Shown one piece after another: positions 61,275 to 64,000 of a stretch of DNA of 64,000 bases (position 1 is its first letter; each line of letters opens with the position of its first letter). The stretch comes from Gammaproteobacteria bacterium. GTDB taxonomy: Bacteria > Pseudomonadota > Gammaproteobacteria > JAJPIJ01. The notes under the pieces are model-generated. The model saw nothing but the letters and a program-made list of their open reading frames with translations, searched no databases and was not told the origin of the DNA. The translations under genes and the position numbers were made by a program. The stretch lies in the NCBI GenBank assembly GCA_046347035.1, contig JAXMGY010000001.1, positions 18,485-82,484 of the forward strand, read 5' to 3'.

Positions 61275-61795
61275 GCCGACTTCTGCAGTGAGAGTGCCAG
61301 TGGTTCCGGTCCGGTCAGTTTAACATGTTCGCCGGCCGCCAGAGTCATTTGCATGCCCGCGACATCGGCTTCGATGGGCAATTCACGGCCGCCTCGATCC
61401 ACCAGCACGACCAAGGTCACGCTCGCCGGTCGGCCAAAATCAAAGATTTCGTTCAGCGCCGCGCGCACCGTGCGTCCGGTGTAAAGAATGTCATCGACAA
61501 GCACCACATGGCGGCCCTCGATGCCGAATGGCAAGTCGGAAGCTTCCACCGTCGGATGTAATCCTTTACGCGCAAAATCATCACGATGGTAAGCGATGTT
61601 GAGCCCGCCCACCGGCTCGCTGAATTTCAGTCGCTTATGCAATGCATCGGCCACCCATACACCGCCGGTGCGAATGCCAATTAGTACGGCATGGTCGCGG
61701 CCACTGCTTCGCAGAAGCTCGGCCAATTTGTTCGCCATCTCATCGAGGGCGGTATTGATATCTGCGGTCGATTTTTTATGTGCCGCGATTTTCAT
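61271..61795 (-). CDS. pyrR: Bifunctional pyr operon regulator / uracil phosphoribosyltransferase PyrR
   Basis: PRTase motif '[19 protein letters not shown]'. 174 aa. Overlaps pyrB by 4 nt. Confidence 0.85.
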   Translation of the reverse strand: MKIAAHKKSTADINTALDEMANKLAELLRSSGRDHAVLIGIRTGGVWVADALHKRLKFSEPVGGLNIAYHRDDFARKGLHPTVEASDLPFGIEGRHVVLVDDILYTGRTVRAALNEIFDFGRPASVTLVVLVDRGGRELPIEADVAGMQMTLAAGEHVKLTGPEPLALSLQKSA

Positions 61796-62190
61796 TGAAC
61801 CAGGTCTCCAGTATCACCTGCGCGGCCAGTGCATCGACTTGCGCCGTGATTGCATCCGCCCGCCGCTCGGCTTCAACCGATGTGGAAATTCGTTAATTGC
61901 TCCACGGGCAGTTGGTAGCGTTCATGTAATTGGCGGCAGACGCGCTCAACGCGATCAGCCACGCGTGCCGGCTGCCGTTGTCATGGGTGGGCATGCCGAC
62001 CGCATTACGCGGTCGTAATCGCGCACCATCTGCGTCAGCGCTGCCCAGTCCGGCTGGCCGTCACGCACGCCGATAATACCGGCGGCGTGGCCGAACGGGT
62101 GATGGTCTGGCCGACGGCCACGCCATCAGGCGTTCGCCGAAATCAAAACCGAAAAGCGAGGTTGTTTCTGCGCGCGGCCTCGGCGCTCAT
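61776..62190 (-). pseudogene. ruvX: Holliday-junction resolvase-like YqgF/RuvX, apparently with several frameshifts
   Basis: The reverse complement reads 'MSAEAARRNNLAFGFDFGERL..' then, in a shifted frame, 'GVAVGQTITRSATP', and later '..ILETWFNEN*', matching RuvX landmarks. Conserved algH-ruvX-pyrR-pyrB-pyrC' order. Confidence 0.45.
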
Positions 62191-62747
62191 GCGTGGCCGG
62201 CGTCGTGGGCGATGGTATCGATGTTAATGCCCAGAAGAGCGGCCGCACGGTGCCAGCGCTGCTGCGGGTATTGAAGATGCACATCCCTGTCAGCGGGGCT
62301 GGAGAGCCAGGCGTTGTCCAACATTTCCTGCTCAAGCTGGCCACCAGCCCAGCCGGGCATATCCCAGCGCCACCAGGCTGTCGGCAGGGCCTTCGCCGCG
62401 GGAAATGGCTTCCAGAATGTCGCGCGAAGTGGCCATGCCGACGTCATCTGTTATCTGGATGCTGGAGCTCCACTGCCCGTTGGGACGGAAAAGCACAAAA
62501 CCGCGATCGCGCTGCACGGGGCCGCCTTGGTAGACCGGCAGTTTTCCAATGCGCACATCGGTGGGTTCCATCTGCATCTGCGCCAGGACCTCACCCAGGC
62601 CAAAATTCAGCGGCCGATTGATGACAATGCCCATCGCACCTTCGGGCGTGTGCGAACACACGTAAGTGACGGTTTGCGAAAAATTGGGATCGGCCAGGCT
62701 CGGCATGGCGATGAGAAAATGATTGGTGAGATTAATGGGAACCATGA
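62187..62747 (-). pseudogene. algH: YqgE/AlgH family protein (UPF0301), frameshift near 62340-62450
   Basis: 'LTNHFLIAMPSLADPNFSQTVTYVCSHTPEGAMGIVINRP' in ORF 62332..62865. C-terminal 'GWAGGQLEQEMLDNAWLSSPAD' is in ORF 62187..62447. Confidence 0.55.
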
Positions 62748-63013
62748 TAGAAGTATAACGAGGTATCTTCGCAGTTGGACCGGCAGAGAAAGTGTTTGGT
62801 TGCTCAGAACCGGCAGTCTGGATAATGGCGACCAGGTTGCGGTGTTGGCTGCCCGGTTTGCGCATGGCTCATCTAGCAGCAACTTATTGAAATTCTGTGT
62901 AACAATTGACTTGGTGCAAGTTGGCGCAATGCCTGCACCGGTATACAGCAAAAATGCTGCTCATGATTGGCAAGAGCGGCATGTGTATCGAAAAAACTAA
63001 AAAAGGGGGAGTC

Positions 63014-64000
63014 ATGAAGTTTCTGCATCGCACCAGCAGCCGGATTGGGCCGGTCTCTTACCTACTTGCTTCGATGATTTTGAGTTTCCGAGTTCCAAGT
63101 GTTGCGGCGGCTGGCGATGAGTCCGCACAGGTATTGCCTGACGTCACCGTTTCCGCCACGCGCGTGGAGAAATCCGCGCTGAAGGTGCCCGCATCCGTGA
63201 GCACCGTGGGACGGGACGATATCCAACTCGGACGCCAACAGCTGGGGCTCGACGAGTCGTTGAACAGCGTGCCGGGGCTTTTCTTTCAGGATCGCTACAA
63301 CTTCGCACAGGATTTGCGCGTGGCAATACGCGGTTTTGGCGCGCGTTCAAACTTTGGTATCCGTGGCATCCGCATGTATGCCGACGGCATCCCGCTGACG
63401 ATGCCGGACGGTCAAAGCAATGTAGATGAACTGGATCTCGGGGTTACCGATCACATCGAGGTTATCCGCGGCGCAACTTCTTCACTCTATGGCGCATCCT
63501 CCGGCGGCGTTATCAATCTTTACACCGAAGACGGTCCAGAAACACCCTTTGTCTCCGCCGGCGCCACCTACGGTAGCTACAACCAGCAGCATTACGAATT
63601 GAAAGGAGGCGGCCAGTACCAACAACTCAATTATCTGTTGGGGCTCTCGAGGTTGAATTTGGATGGCTTCCGCGATCACAGCAAGGTGGAAAGCAACAAC
63701 CTCAATACCAAGTTGCGCTATGACATTGACTCGTCTTCGGCGCTGACGTTTACGCTGAGCTTGGTGAATCAGCCAGTCTCCGATGACGCGGGCGCATTGA
63801 CGGCCGCGGAAGTAGCGGGTACAGCGACACAGGCCGCTTGTCGCGCCGCGGGCTTCAAGGACAGCGACGGGCGCTCCGCGGCGTCATGCCGCAATGTCGC
63901 TTACGATGCCGGTGAATCCGTCGATCAGCAGAAATTCGGATTCAACTACCACAAGAAGTTTGGCGAGAAACACGAAATTACGCTGCGCAATTACTATCTC
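63014..64000 (+). CDS. TonB-dependent outer-membrane receptor (3'-truncated by window edge)
   Basis: Not in the ORF track because no stop falls inside the window. AAGGGGGA RBS. Signal peptide 'MKFLHRTSSRIGPVSYLLASMILSFRVPSVAAA'. TonB-box-like 'VLPDVTVSATR'. Plug domain 'IEVIRGATSSLYGASSGGVINL'. Confidence 0.8.
   Translation, partial: MKFLHRTSSRIGPVSYLLASMILSFRVPSVAAAGDESAQVLPDVTVSATRVEKSALKVPASVSTVGRDDIQLGRQQLGLDESLNSVPGLFFQDRYNFAQDLRVAIRGFGARSNFGIRGIRMYADGIPLTMPDGQSNVDELDLGVTDHIEVIRGATSSLYGASSGGVINLYTEDGPETPFVSAGATYGSYNQQHYELKGGGQYQQLNYLLGLSRLNLDGFRDHSKVESNNLNTKLRYDIDSSSALTFTLSLVNQPVSDDAGALTAAEVAGTATQAACRAAGFKDSDGRSAASCRNVAYDAGESVDQQKFGFNYHKKFGEKHEITLRNYYL

Overview
This is a roughly 59% GC chromosomal segment, most likely from a gamma- or betaproteobacterium. 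A small AT-rich islet at 54.1-56.5 kb and AT-rich spacers around an RHS locus stand out against that background.

Gene content from start to end:
- A propeller/PAS hybrid-type sensor kinase, truncated at the 5' edge of the window.
- A beta-alanine catabolic cluster (malonate-semialdehyde dehydrogenase, alanine dehydrogenase, beta-alanine:pyruvate transaminase, HTH-cupin regulator).
- A ydcSTUV/patD-like polyamine ABC transporter plus aminoaldehyde dehydrogenase cluster.
- A peroxiredoxin and a PGA-hydrolase-family gene.
- A polymorphic-toxin locus: a small secreted protein, then a 1602-aa RHS protein carrying a Sec signal, an N-terminal C39-like peptidase domain and a C-terminal L,D-transpeptidase-like tip. 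It is followed by a periplasmic immunity gene, displaced RHS C-terminal cassettes with a Sel1-repeat immunity gene, and a decayed ParE/antitoxin pair.
- A PEP-CTERM-tagged sorbosone-dehydrogenase-like propeller protein, a DMT transporter, an M16 peptidase, the dps-oxyR-trxB redox trio, yajQ, arfB and ppk.
- A complete Pho regulon block (pstSCAB-phoU, dedA, phoR-phoB, a Pho-box-driven OprO/P porin).
- A low-GC three-gene islet (DUF2726 plus two zinc-ribbon hypotheticals).
- A FecR-domain protein paired with an outer-membrane barrel protein, the pyrR-pyrB-pyrC'-ruvX-algH block, and a partial TonB-dependent receptor at the 3' edge.

The non-coding signals I consider most worth checking:
- A previously unnamed MITE-like palindromic repeat family with 8 copies.
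- A separate TIR-flanked MITE candidate.
- A conserved ~70-bp junction element at the RHS cassette boundaries.
- Paired G/C-palindrome direct repeats near 58.7-59.0 kb.

At least 13 genes carry frameshifts, some of them several. I cannot tell from sequence alone whether these are assembly indel errors or real gene decay, so boundaries and 'pseudogene' calls for those genes are provisional. No rRNA, tRNA or CRISPR array was found.
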